Assembly: GCA_010093995.1 (NCBI GenBank)
Contig: ML992501.1
Span: forward strand, 1,925,320 to 1,989,319
Length of the DNA: 64,000 bases
Source of the DNA: Elsinoe ampelina
Lineage: Eukaryota
Direction of reading: 5' to 3'
Part shown: positions 33,446 to 47,082 of the stretch, one piece after another
Position numbering within the stretch: the first letter of the stretch is position 1
Layout of the letters: each line of letters opens with the position of its first letter
Notes under the pieces: model-generated
Told to the model about the DNA's origin: nothing
The model's input: only the letters and a program-made list of their open reading frames with translations
The model's database searches: none
Made by a program: the position numbers and the translations under genes

Positions 33446-34365
33446 TCAGACATCATCAGAGTAGGCTTCTCGGGCTGTGTTAGGTCCTTCACCCTCCTGG
33501 GTAGACTGTGCGCCACGCTGCTCGGCGTCGAGAATATCGGCAGCCCAAAGTCCAGTGCCGACCGCAGTGGTCAAGAGGAATAGAAGTGAGGCAACAGGAA
33601 TTAGCTGTAGAAGTAGACCCACGGTACCGAACCAGGTCAACTGCCATCTTGTTGACTTGTTCTTGATGTATGCCCTTCTTTGCTTCCTATCAAAGCCTTT
33701 GAGCTTATAAAATCTCCATTGCTGAAGCGGACCAGCTCGATAACCAGTGGCAAGAAGGAACATTGGTACGCCTACATAGGGTACCAAGTTCAGGGGTAGC
33801 AGAATGACCAGCTCGATGATCTGTCGGAGAGAGAATGGATAGTACTCAGCGCCCTTGTCTCTTGGACCTAGACATTTAACACAGTCAGTCTCCTCGGCGT
33901 CGACTGGACGGGTGTTTGCAACAAAGTCGCGGTGGCCACGAGCGACGAGGACGGCATCGACGATATCGACCTGAGTCTTGTCGACGAAGAAGGCCTCGAA
34001 GAAGAGGGAAACGATCAGGCTTGCTTCACTGAGGACGAGGAAGGTGCCGTTGACCCAAGCTGATCCTGCCCTGTGGAACACGGCCAGTAAGGCGACCTGG
34101 GGAAGATAGGCGAAAAGGAACAATATCAGGGTCACGAACAGTGACAGTATGGCCAGTGGAATAAGCTTGGCCTGCAGCAGTGGCCATAGAGATCGGTTGA
34201 AGGCAAAATGATAGATCCCCTGTAGCCAAGTCAGGATTGTTCGATTGAAGAATGAAGAAGCAACACGCGGCAAAACTGTACCTTCAACGGATACGTCCAG
34301 GATAGGGTGAAATTCTGTTGTATGGTTCGCCGAAGAGGCACACGGCCCTGCCGTTGTTCCGCCAT
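33446..34365 (-). CDS. EI24-domain membrane protein (Rrt8/Lds-like)
   Basis: ATG 34365, intron about 34281-34220 gives ...WTYPLK|GIYHF...LWP; LPLNLVPYVG and LLQLIPV motifs; several TM helices. Confidence 0.75.
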
Positions 34366-36530
34366 GCGAAAGAGTGATCAGAAAGAGAACCACACTCGAA
34401 GCGATCGCGAACTGTTGATAGCAGTCGGTAGAGGTCTAGACCTGGCGTTGAACCGACGGAGAGTTGCTGTGGTATTTTTGGAGGTGTTTCTCGGATATCG
34501 AACCGGCCAGGTGGCGTAGATGTCACGATCCGATGCGGATATCAGCGGCGAAGAAGTATCTGACCGGTTTTCTTCTCTTTGTGGTCGGAGGTATCGTGGG
34601 AGTGAGGACGATGAAAGACTACAGTTGAAGCTAGCCGGAGGTCAACAAGCTGGAGCCTGGAAAGTCCGACACTGCCACAGCTCACGCTCCACCTCCACTC
34701 CGCCACTGTGGCTGTAAGTTCTGTGGTTGGCCTGACCGTTGTGGTCATCTCGGCGCTGACCATTATCAGTTGCAAACGGACGTTGGATTTTAAAGATTTG
34801 TAAAAGCTCAAAATATGATTCTCGTTTGAGTCGATTTGAACACCCTCTACGGACATGTACCATGTGGTTGCCTTAGTAGTGTAGCCTATGACGCGCGGCC
34901 TACATAGTCGGCCAACACTTGTCCGCGCGTGGAGAGAAAAGTTGTGTGCAACGCCAGGCTTCTGTCTGGCATGCACGATTAGACTTGGTGGCGTACCTGA
35001 GAAACGCCTGCTCGAACACACATGAAGTCGGCCATGGCTTGAAAGCTTTGCGATGAGAGCCGTCCCTTTCTATCGAACCAAGATTGTGTACCTTGACTAC
35101 AGAATCGGAGAAGAACATGTTCATCCATGAGACAAAATTCGGCAGTACCAGCAATGATGTACGAATTTGTGATTCGAGGGCTTGAAATCTCGAAGAGAGG
35201 TTGTTGAGCACTAAAAAGGGGAACAGCTGCAAGCCAGCCTTTCCTGCATGAAGTCTACATTTGGAAAACGTCGCGCAGATCGGATGGAGCAACGATGCTG
35301 GACTCACTGGAGATGTGCACGGGCGTGCCACTCGAGTCTTGCTGCGGGTGATCAACAAGAAGCCAGTGAGCTGGTAACTTTTAGCTGTGGCCAGCAGGAC
35401 AACGCAGCAAAATCTTGCCATGATCGCAAACATCATCCTTCGATGTCCATGCCATTCAGAAGAATCGCAAATCCACTCCAGGTGGACCAGGTCGGATGTG
35501 ATGAAGCCTACCATTTGTGTGGTACTTGACTCGTTTTCGATGGCTTTGTGTAACGATGGTGGTTGATGAATTTCACCAGCGACCAAGCCGCTGGAATCGC
35601 CGGGACCAATTTCTGGTAGCCGTGGCTTGCTCCACTCGTTGACGATTGCTTCATGTCGCCTTCATCCGGGCACCTCGTCACCGCCTCTTTGGTCCGGCGC
35701 AATGTCCGTCCCTCCTTCACGTGTCTGCTCCCCGCTCGTGCAGCATGCATGCCCTCATCCTTGATTGAGGTACATTGCATGTACCATGGCGTGTCCGTGA
35801 TCGGGCGGAGTCGCATGGCCGATTAGACGAAGGGGGTGCGAATCAAAGTTGGAGCGACAAGCCGTTGACGACAAGCGCTATCCCGTTAGTGCAATCCGTG
35901 CAGCTGAACAGAGTTAATGAAGCTGCAAATCCATCCTCGTCCTGCAACGATCGGGTAAGAGAGCCTGCGCCGAATTGACCAAATTGAGAACCCATGCTGC
36001 CGTGACACTCAAGGCTTCACCGCAAGCTTTAGGGGGGTCCTCCGTTTGCCTCCTCCCTCCTGCTTGGAAATTCCTCATACCTCCTCCCGCCCTCGTGCAT
36101 CCTGATTGAGATAGCATACCACGAGGTGCCCAAACGCCTATCATTTCATCATACTGTTGTTGTGTCCCCCATCCTCGGATTCCTCGTTCGCCAAGCTCGA
36201 TCATCTTGCACATCACTTCCTTCCCTGGACGGCACCGAAAAAGCGAACTCGCATTCACCCCATCCTGCTCGCCCACTTCTCCGTCACAGGAGCATTGACT
36301 TGTTCCATCACTTCTTCTCGCCAGTCCAGACCCGTTTCCCTGTCGCCCGTCAAAGAGCATCGATCGCACCAATTCGATACACAGCTTGGTATAGAGGGTA
36401 TGCTTGAAGCTTTCCACCCGAGTTAGTGTGCGCCTACTCTGTGGAGGCCGCGAACGACGTAGGTGGCTAGCCGCTGCCTGTACCAATCTCAACCACCACC
36501 ACCGCCAGCTGTTCCACCTCCACCGCTACA

Positions 36531-38664
36531 ATGGACAATCAGGCGGGTTCTAACAATTCCAGCGACTTTGTAAGTACATCGCAAAGGAACTCCGACAAGC
36601 TGGAATGATAGCTGACGTCAAGCCAATCAGGTTCGCAAGCTGTACAAGTGAGCTCAGCGTCCGGGAACAAATGTAGAGCAAGGGCTGATCTCAACAGGAT
36701 GCTGGAGAACCCGCAAGACGAGAGTGTAGTCAGATGGGGCGACCAAGGCGACAGTTTTGTCGTGCTAGAGGTTTACAACATTCTTCCCCCTCATCAAGCA
36801 ACTTAACTGACCAGCGCCTGCAGAACGAAAAATTCACAAAACACATCCTCCCCAAGCACTTTAAGCATTCCAATTTTGCCAGCTTTGTCCGACAACTCAA
36901 TAAATACGATTTTCACAAAGTACGACACAACAACGAAGACAACAACTCAAGTCCATACGGGCCAGGGGTAAGCGAAGTCATGGAAGAGCTCGACATACAG
37001 ACCTAATATGTTCAGGCCTGGGAATTCAAGCATCCCGACTTCAGAGCTAACAACAAGGATGCTCTCGACAACATTCGACGCAAGGCGCCGGCGCCTCGAA
37101 AGCCAGGACCATTGGGCGAGGACATTTTGCCCACACAACAGATGGATATGTTCAACACACAGCTTGTCGCTACGCAGCAGCAACTGCAGCAGCTTCAAGA
37201 AAGATACAGTGAGCTGAGCATGCATCACTCGCTACTGCTGCAAGAGTTGATCGGGGTACAAAAGACGGTCATTAATCACGAACATGTCATGCAATATGTC
37301 ATGAACTTCCTACAAACCATAGACGCGCAACGGAGACGGGAGTCAAGAGTAGCGAATCCATTCGCACCACCAACAGCAAATGGCGCCGCACCTGTCGCAG
37401 CAGCTCCAGCCCCTCCTCCTCCCGAAGACGATATTCCTGCGTCGCCTCTACAGAATGCTGCCAAACTTCTTGGCGAAGTCAATGCTGAGCATATGCTAAA
37501 CACACGAAATCTCGAGCAGATGAATGAGATGTCTCTGCGCATGAACTCTGCGCTCACCACACCGCCTCCAGACATGGGTTTCCGGAACGGCCGAGCTGGA
37601 AAGGCTGGTGGTCCGCACTCGGCGTCTTCATCGACCATATCTTACGGTGATATTGAGACAATGGTATACCCTGTCGGACAAACGCAAGGCATCGATCCTA
37701 TGTACAGCGAGCACATCCACAACATCCCCTATGCTCTTCCGCCAAAAGCTCCCGAGCCACCTACTGTAGTGGGTGTCCCAGAGCCGCGCAAGAAGAGCGC
37801 AGCCATGGACCCTGGATGGGCGCGTCCACCTCAAGTTTTGCTTGTTGAAGACGATCCGACCTGCAGAAGAATTGGAAGCAAATTCTTGTATGCTTTCCAT
37901 TGTAACATTGATAGTGCAGTAAGTTTGTCGAGGATTTAATTTCAGTCCACTACTAATCATACTAGTTTGATGGACTTGAAGCTGTCAACAAGATGAACGC
38001 TGGCGCAAAGTACGATCTTGTCCTCATGGACATCATTATGCCTAACCTCGATGGTGTCTCGGCTACGCACTTGATACGGCAATTCGACACTACCCCGATC
38101 ATTGCTATGACGTCGAACATCCGTAGCGACGACATTTCGATGTATTTCCAACACGGTATGAACGATGTTCTGCCGAAGCCGTTCACAAAAGAAGGCCTCC
38201 TCAGCATGCTTGAGAAGCATTTGGGACACCTGAAGAAGGGAGCGCCAGGTCTCGAGATGGGACCGCCCAGCGGCGCGCAATCCGGCAAGCAATCATTGAA
38301 GAGCGACGAATCGCCAGCTACGTCACCTGCCACAGTGACGACCTGGAATTCACCCGGTCACGTCCCTGGTATATCGCCAGCCAGTGGGGAGGGAGAATAC
38401 ACTGCCGCCCAAGCCGGAGGTTACCAGCTGCAACCGACAGCGATGAATCCGGGTCTCTCGCCTCAAGCCATGACCTTCGCCAGCTCTCCACAGGGCCTCC
38501 GACAGCAATTGCCAGGACAGCAGCCGCATCGAAGGCATATTTCGGAAATATCGGGTGGACCTGGTGATATGGGAGGAGATGTGAAGCGGCAACAGATGTA
38601 TGGCCAACCTGGACCGCCCATGGCTCAACCAATGGCCAATCCAATGTTGCAACAGCGACGATGA
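36531..38664 (+). CDS. SKN7: Stress response regulator Skn7/SrrA/Prr1 (HSF DNA-binding + receiver domain)
   Basis: [24 protein letters not shown]...[20 protein letters not shown]; coiled coil; receiver LLVEDD...LMDIIMP...LPKPF; several short introns including a 17-nt microexon at 36631-36647. Confidence 0.95.
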
Positions 38665-39807
38665 TGATCGGCGAGACTACCCAATCACGACGATACCCAC
38701 CCGCGACCAGGTTAATCGGACCTTTGACTGAACACGACCAAACGATTTCTGTACATATACCACCTTTGTTTTTGGGCGGCGGCATTTCTACAGTTCGATG
38801 CGGACATCTGGAAGGATAGAACAGCGACAGGAGGGGAGTGCGACAGGGTTCTTTGTTGCAACAGCGGGCATCTCAATAGATGACAAGGTCATATTAGTGA
38901 CTTTATGGGCATTCTAGACGGCGCAACAGGTCGACGGGTCTAGCTATCACGATTTCCTCATTCATGCTGGCCATGGCCAACAACGACAATGCAATGCGTG
39001 ACTACAATTACATTCTCAGAAGAGAGAATACTGCAAACGGATTGACGAACCTCGAGAGCTGTGACAAAGACCCTTTCCCCAGTCCAGTTCAGGCTAGAGA
39101 TGAGATTTCGGATCACAGATTCCTCGCCCAAGATTTGGGATGCGAAAGTGCGTGATCCTGGCCGTGACTCCGTGAGCAGCCTTTGATCTTCCCGCTGCCG
39201 CTTTCGTCAAGGTCTTTTGGGTGCCCCGACCCCCCGCGTCCGTCATCTTTTCCTCCGTTTCCCCCTCGCCTGCTGGACAACAAAACAATCCCAGCTGCAA
39301 CCTCGCCGTCACCACCATACTGCGCGTTTCCTCTGAACATTCGGTGACATCCTGCGAAAACGTACGTACTCTGATTTCCTTTGGCCCCCATTAACCTGTA
39401 TGCTGCGTATCTCCCGTCCCTGGTCCTTTCCCAGACGCTGCCACAACCCGACGCGCTTTTCCGCTTCTCGATATGAGGCCATAGCTCCTTTTGCCTCGAC
39501 TGTATACCACTACATCTTGACGGGACACGTCGGACATAGCATACACTGCATCGCATACCCTTTCTGAACACACTTCCATCCTCTGAAAGCTGTTCCTGCA
39601 CGATCTCGGCACCCTGCAACTTCCGGCGCATACAGCTTTTGTGACGTCGCGCCTTGTGTCCCTACCTTATCCAACACTTCTCACGCGCCTCGAAGCAATA
39701 CTACCACCACACCCTTTCAGCTCGACTATACTGTCTCGTTACCGTCTTCTGACACAATACTCTAGCCTACAAGGTCCTACTTGAAGCATCTCACATCCAC
39801 TACCGCA

Positions 39808-41040
39808 ATGGCAGCCACACGCGGTGCACGCGCGACCACGAGCGCCAAAGCCGCACCGAAGAGCAAAGACACTGCCACCGCTGCAGCCCCGAAAGCGACC
39901 AAGGCAAAGGCCGCTCCCAAAGCAAAGACACCCAAGCCTGCAGCCGAAGCCAAAGCGAAGGTGACCAAGAAGACATCTGCGCCCAAGAAGACACCAGCCG
40001 CCAAAGCCGAGCCTGTCACTGCAAAGGCAGCCAAAGCCGCCGAGAAGGTAGCAGAGGAAGTCGAGAAGACAGCAAAGGTGGTCAAGAGCAAGGCGAAGAA
40101 GGTGGAGAAAAACAGCAAGGCCGCGGCAGCCAAAGAAGCGAAACCAAAGACAGCCGCAGCTAAAGAAGCGAAACCAAAGACAGCAGCAGCCAAAGAAGCG
40201 AAACCAAAGACAGCAGCGGCCAAAGAAGCGAAACCAAAGGCACCAGCAAAGAAAGCCACTGCCGCTACAAAAGCGAAAGAACCCAAGCCCAAGACCGCCA
40301 AAGCAAAGCCAGTCAAGAGTGAGGCAGCAGAGAAGGAGAAGAAACCCCGCGCGAAGAAAGCCAGCAAGGCCTCGCCCGCAGCAAAAGAGAAGTCCCCGGA
40401 CGTGGTCGAGACAGTAGAGCAAGTCTTTGTAGAAGTCGCCGAGAAAGCAGCAGCAGAAGCAGAGAAGCTCCCCAACGGCGAGATCACCAGCCCGGAGACC
40501 CGAAGCGGCTCCCACCCACCCACCGCGGCCCCTGCAGCAGTAACAAAGGGCACAGGAAAACGCACCTCATCCGCCACCACCGACGAGCCCAGAGCCAAGA
40601 AGCCCCGCGCCTCCAACACCTCTGCCACGAGCGAGAAGAAGCCCGGCCGACCCACAAAGGCCGCTAAGCCTGCTCTCGCAAAGAAAGACAAGACCGTCGC
40701 GGTAGAAAAGAAATCCGAGACCAAGAAACGCGTGTCAAAGACGAAGAAGGAGGTGATGATCGACGACGGCACCACGCCTGAGCCGGTCAGTCCTCGTGCT
40801 GAGATCGAGGATGTCGACGCGCCAGTGAATGATGTCAAGCCCGATGAGGAGGACACAGTGGCTGCAACGGGACCGAGTCTGCTTGAGCAGGCCAAGGAGG
40901 CGGTCGGTGGGGTATTGGGTGGGTTGAAGGAGATTGTGGGTGTAGGGAATGGACAGGTGAGTGCTTGCTCGACGTAAGGATCATGGATGATTGCTGATCA
41001 GAGACAGGGGAAGAAGAAGGGAAGGAAGGAGTTGCGCTAA
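39808..41040 (+). CDS. Lys/Ala-rich histone-H1-tail-like protein
   Basis: ATG 39808 MAATRGAR; AKE/PK-rich; AT-hook-like KKPGRPTK; intron from 40957 (GTGAGT) to about 41007, last exon GKKKGRKELR*. Confidence 0.7.
40121..40240 (+). repeat. Coding minisatellite, 4 x 30 bp (AAAKEAKPKT)
   Basis: gcagc(c/t)aaagaagcgaaaccaaaga recurs with a 30-nt period. Confidence 0.9.
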
Positions 41041-41298
41041 AGGTACAGGGAAAGAGACACGCACATGACGGCAGGCTGTTGCCTGACTTGCCTCGATGAG
41101 AAGGACGCGATATGAAGTCCCAGCTTCCGGGGATGAAGTGTGCGAGGACGCACACGACGGCAGAACGTCAGAGGGATTGGGTCGCGAGGGTGTACCGGTC
41201 TGGGAGAGCTTGTTCGATACCATGTTTGTTCTTGGGTTTAGGCGACAATGTTCGAGTAATGCCATGTTTCCACGCTCCGCGTCCACTAACCCGACACA

Positions 41299-43947
41299 CT
41301 AACCCGCTCCCTCCCCCTCCTCCCTCATCTTCCTCCCATAAAACCCCTCCATCTCCCTGACCACCTCCCCGACCCCCTTCTCCGTCCCCCCCTTGAGTCC
41401 CCCCCTAATCCACCCCGGCAACTTCCCCCTCACCCCCTCCCTCCCGTACCTTCGATCAACAAGCACAATCCCCGCCCAATCCCCCCTATGCCTGATCACC
41501 CTCCCAATCGCCTGATTCACCGCCCGCATACACGTATTCTCCGCAAACTCCCTCGCCGCTTGTCCGGGCACGTACTTCTGCCCAGTCTGCCCAGTCTCGC
41601 CACGGGAGGAATCAGCCCCCTCCCTCGCTCGCTCCTCAATGTACCCCATCCTCGCCTTCCACTCCGCGGTATTGGGATTGGGCCACGGCATCCCGACGAC
41701 GATGACGCACCGGCCGAGGCGGTCGGAGAAGTTGATGCCCTCGGACAACTTGCCGCCTATGACGGAGAAGAGGAGGGCGCCGCGGTCGGGCGTCGCGGGT
41801 GGGGCGATGGCGGCGGCGTAGTCGCGGAGGAGAACGTCGGTGTTGGCGCCGCGGGAGTCGATGAAGGTGGGTTTGAGGGATTGGAGTCGGGAGAGGTGGG
41901 AGGTGTGGCGCCAGGTGGTGAGGACCGTGTCGAGGTAGGAGTAGGAGGGGAAGAAGAGGATGACGCCGTCGGGGATGTGGGGAAGGAGGTGGAGGAGGGT
42001 GGTGGCGAGAGCGGAGAGGAGGGTGGGGGAGGTGCGGTTGGTGAAGGAGAAGTCGAAGGGGGTGGAGGAGGGGCCGGTGGAGAGGGTGGTGACGTAGAGG
42101 TTGGATGGGGGGATGACGTGGGCGTAGGAGAGGGTGGTGATCTTTGTGGGAGGGAGATAGGGGAAGAGTTGAGAGAGATAGTCCGACATGGGCGACATGG
42201 TTCCTCCGCAGAGGATGACGGAGCGGGCGGAGGTGACGATGTCGCGGAAGTGCTGGGAGGGGTCCAGGAGGAGGTATTTCAGCTTAGTCGAGGTGGAATC
42301 GGAGCCCTTGCGGTAGAAGAAGCGACCCTCTTTGGCTGGGTTGGTGAGAGCCATGATGAAGTTCTGGAAGATGTTGAGGACGGGAGTCTGATCTGAGCCT
42401 GGAAGCGTGGGTAACAATGCACTAGGTCTGCTGGTCTGTGGCTGGCTGTGCTTATGTTGTGTGTATCCTTGTACCTTTCGAGCAAGCTTACTCTCTTGCA
42501 GATACTGAGTCAATTTGTAGAGGTTGATCTGGTCAACACCCTTGCCAGCCAGCAGTGAGCCACTGTCCAGCTCTCCATCATCGGATTCATGTATTCGACC
42601 AAGCGCTGCTCTCAGGGAATCGAGTAAACGAACAGTCTGCGTGACGTACACTCGATTCTTTCCAGCCAACCTGTTCCGAAACTTCTGCAGGTAGTTCATC
42701 AATTGTTCTTTCGCAGCTTCCAAATCGGCAAGTGATATCTCCGCAGTGTGGATACCAAGAATAGCGTCCATAAGATTGTGAGCCTCATCAATGATGACGA
42801 CTTGATCCTTGACGGATAGTGCCAGAGCTTCTCGAGCTGTCTTCTGCAAAAGAAGTGGATATGGCAACATGACCAGCTCGGCCGGATTGATGGCTGACCT
42901 CGATGCGTAGTATGGGCAGATGCCAATCTTCGTTCCTAGTACCGCAAGATCTTCGATGTCTCGTACTTTGGACAAAGCGTAGTGCTTGAAGTCCAGCGCC
43001 ACAGCCTCATTTTCCTTGCTAGGAAGGAATTGGCACTTTGAGTCTGCAGGGGTCTTGGTTTCCTGAAGTTCCAAGCATCGCTCGTTGATCCTCGATAGGC
43101 TGTCCAAGCAATTGACTTTCTTGTTGATGCACAGATTCTTGCGGGACCCTAGGGATAGCTGCTTGATCTGCTCGACGGGATACTCGGCAGGCTCCTGATC
43201 TACGTTTGCAGGATAAGCAGAAGGAAACTCGATCCGCTGGAGTTCCCCAACCATTTGTGAAAGTTGAGAATGTGTTCTAGAGCATATGAAGATCTTTGGT
43301 TCGTCCTCCACGTCATCGGCATCCTCTGCTTGATGCGATCCCAGGCCTAGCTTCTGTAGAAGAGCCTTGGTCTCGCTGGAGAGATCATCTCCGTGCTTGT
43401 CCTTGCCTCTAGTCCTTCTAGCGTCGTCGCTATCATAGTCATCCAGAATAAAGTTTGCTTCCTCGTCTGGCAACGCTGACTCACGATCTAGCTTGACACG
43501 TTTACCGGGTGGCGGGCCTCGCTCTGCTTGCTCCCGGATTTTCCGCTCCTTTCGCCTAATAGCCTCGAGTCTGGATTCCAAGTCATCTCTTCGATGTAGT
43601 AGCTCCTGTCTTCTGGTTCTTTGCGCATGTTCTCGCATCCATGACGGTTCGTCCTCTTGTATCTCTCAGCAGGGGGCTACAAGGAAATTACCGACCTCTT
43701 CTTTACCTGTGTCTGCTGTGGCCGTTTGACTTGAAAACGACGATCGCTTGTGATTGCGCAGCCACGTCAACGATGCGCATAGCAGACTCAAGGATTTTCC
43801 TGTGCCTGTTGGTGACTCGAAAATTCCGACTTTGCCTTGATCAATGCATTGGTAAAGTGCCAGCATCAGATCCTTCTGGATCTGGTACGGTGTATAAGGA
43901 TGGTGGAATTCGATCTCCGTTGGCTCATCAATCTGACGGCTGGACAT
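41299..43947 (-). CDS. CHL1: ATP-dependent Fe-S DNA helicase Chl1/DDX11
   Basis: [68 protein letters not shown]; one intron near 43706-43657. Confidence 0.95.
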
Positions 43948-44114
43948 GTCGCTTGGTCAAGGTGTACAGGCATTGTTGGTAAGATACGTGTAATTACGAG
44001 GGTCTGAAGGTGGGATGTAAAATGTCAAGTTGTTCGGGTGGCAAGAGCCGCAACATCGGCCTTGGCATAATAAAGCAATCCATTGACCATTTAGCACGGC
44101 TAATTAGACCGATA

Positions 44115-44945
44115 CTATCTATGCTTGCCCTTCCTATGTCTCATTGTCTGATCCCGCATGCTGAAACTCGATTTCGTGCCCGGCTTGCCGTCGATTACCC
44201 AAGTATCCACTATTTGTTTCGACTCGGTCTGTTGGACCGCTTTTGTCTTGGCATCTGATACTCTTTTGATATAGCCAAAGTATATGGCGACTTCGGCAAC
44301 GCCAATGACAGTGCTTCCGCCCAGACTCAAGGCTAATCTCGTGGGTGTTGGCCAATGCCACGCTATGACCCAGATCCCGACGCTGCAGGCGATTACCGTA
44401 ACCAAGACATTGATGATCAGCGTGATCTGACGATTGACGTCAGCAAAAGTCACATCGTCGACTTCTTGAGCGACTGGAGCCTTGAGAATGTCTGCGCCAA
44501 AGGCTTTTGTTCCTGGGGAACGATGCCCAAATGTTTCGGCAGGTGGTGGAGGGTTGATCATGCGCTCATAAGCACGTTGCTCTTCTTCCTCGCGCAACCT
44601 TGCCATCAAGGCTACATATTCGGGAGTCTATGATAAGTCAGTATACCGACACCCACTGGTTGACATGTTGTTGACCTTCTCCGCCTTTGGCTTCGGTGGC
44701 GCTACATGGATCCTTGCGCCTTTGAGAAGCGACTCTAGGTCGGAAGTTGTTGGCGGAGTAGAGTCGGCAGATGTTCGTTCCCTCAGTCTGTCGCTGATTT
44801 GGATGAGCTGATGATGAGATACAGGACTTCCCACCGCTGTATTGGTCAAGTCTGGCTCATCATCCGACCATTTGGTGTCTTTAAAGAGCTCATGATAGAC
44901 CTTTATGGCTTCACAAGCTGTCTCTGTAACTGACAAGAGCACCAT
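44115..44945 (-). CDS. VMA12: V-ATPase assembly factor Vma12/Vph2 (TMEM199)
   Basis: MVLLSVT...LLKGARIHVAPPKPK|TPEYVALMARLREEEEQRAYERM; two C-terminal TM helices ending AEVAIY; intron 44675-44628. Confidence 0.85.
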
Positions 44946-45268
44946 GCCCGACGAAAGTTGCCGGTTTTAGATCGACATGTTGTTTGGAGGGAAAGACAAA
45001 CCATGAGGCAACAAGAATCTCCAAATTGTCCCTGAGGCCTTCAGCCGCAGATCTCTTGATCTTGACCCGGACGGGCCGAAGAAGCACTGACCACGTTTTT
45101 GCTGTAGATTCATTGAGAGATCACCCGAAAAAAATCCAAGTCCAAAGTCCGACTTCACTTCACATTGCGATTCATACCCGGGGTAGAAAACAGGAAGAGG
45201 GGGCACAAGTTGATCGCCGGAACCTCGAGAGTACACCATTACAACCACGATTTCTGTCCTCGGCCCTC

Positions 45269-46688
45269 ATGTCAGTCTCTCGGGCACGAGCTTCTACGCT
45301 CGTCGCCTCCATCGCCGCACGTCGACCTCAACCTCGAAGTCCGCTAAGATGTCCTGGATGTAGCCAACCACTGGCTCTTGCTTCGCCTCAATCACCTTCC
45401 ACATCACTATACCATCCTCCACGGCGGCGGCATCAATCTGCTGTAGCAGCTGCAGTGTCCGCAGCCAAAACGCTCTTTAGCAATGATGCTCCTCCACCAC
45501 CCATGGGCATCGACCCATTACGAGGGGTAGCGAAAGAGCTCAAGTCTCTGGCAGGCAATCTCAAGCAATTACTCGGCTCGGGTCATCCCATGCTTGATAC
45601 GGTAGCAAAATACTATACCTCCAGCGAGGGCAAATATGTTCGACCAATGCTTGTACTTCTCATGTCGCAAGCCACAGCCCTCACTCCACAAGCTCCACGT
45701 CACACCTACGATACAAGAAAAGAAGGCGTCAATACCCCATTCACATCTGCGTCCATCCTCTCCGACACCAATCCCACCTCACCCCTCACCGCGCCTCTCG
45801 ACAACACGCCCGACCCGGCTAATCCAGACATCCTCCCTTCTCAACGACGACTAGCAGAGATCACCGAACTCATCCACACCGCTTCTCTCCTTCATGACGA
45901 CGTGATAGACCACTCCACCTCTCGCCGTGGCTTCCCCTCGGCCAACACCGAGTTCGGCAACAAGATGGCCGTGCTTGCAGGAGACTTCCTCCTTGGCCGG
46001 GCTTCAGTTGCCCTTGCCCGCTTGCGCGATCCAGAAGTCACCGAGCTGCTGGCTACCGTTATTGCAAACCTAGTGGAGGGAGAATTCATGCAACTCCGCA
46101 ACACGGCACAAGATGAGAAGCACCCGACCTATTCGGAAGAGACATTGGGCTACTATCTTCAAAAGACATACCTCAAATCAGCGAGCTTGATTTCGAAATC
46201 CTGTCGCGCCGCGGCGCTCTTGGGAGGCAGGAGCGAAGAAACAGTCGAGGCTGCGTACCAATACGGGAAAAACCTCGGGCTTGCTTTCCAGCTCGTGGAC
46301 GACATGCTGGATTACACGGTGGATCAAGGCGAGCTCGGGAAGCCCGCGGGAGCAGATCTGAAGCTCGGTCTCGCGACGGCCCCCTTACTTTTCGCGTGGC
46401 GGGAGAATAGAGCGCTTGGAGAGCTGGTTGGCCGGAAGTTTAGTCGGGAAGGGGACGTGGAGAAGGTAAGATCTTATTTTGTATACGCTTCGCCGATCAG
46501 AAGAGTCGCTGACCTGGGATATCTAGGCACGTCAAATCGTCCTCAACAGCGACGGCCTCGCGCAAACGCGGGCGCTGGCGCAGGATTTCGTGGAGCGAGC
46601 AAAGGCAGCGATAGCGCATTTCCCGGACAGCGACGCGAAGACGGGACTCGTCGACATGTGCAGCAAGGTGATGAATAGACGGAAGTGA
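45269..46688 (+). CDS. COQ1: Mitochondrial polyprenyl (hexaprenyl) diphosphate synthase
   Basis: Arg/Ser-rich presequence; GKYVRP, IHTASLLHDDVID, FQLVDDMLD, GKPAGADL; intron 46466-46526, last exon ends VMNRRK*. Confidence 0.93.
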
Positions 46689-47082
46689 TACATCTCATCT
46701 CAGGAGAAACAGGGACAACGGCTTGATAGACGGAAAGGAGAGCATGGATCGGTCTGTGAAAGTAGTCCGCCGCCTAGGACCAGGGGCAATTCTGTACAAA
46801 ACAACGCAATATAGAAGGAGCGAGTTTTTGACATAGTCACATAATAGTGTTCTTTCGGACTGCAGATGCAGACAGTGCGGAGCGGTGGCAAAGGGCGAAC
46901 GGAGAAGCAGAAGAAGCCGAAAGATCCAATGACCATTGATCACATTACCCATGCAGACAGAGCTAGACGCTTTTCCGATATCCTTCCCATCGTGATTCGA
47001 CCCGCGACGCCTTTGACCAACCAGTGCCACCAACCCATCCCGCCTCCAGCAGTGCCCTTTAGTGCCACCGATGCATACACTC

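Noticed and set aside
44984..45268. GTG/TTG-started upstream extensions in the ORF track (e.g. COQ1, kinesin, AVO2)
   Set aside because: Artefacts of prokaryotic start rules; the downstream AUGs match family N-termini and the extensions lack a convincing context.
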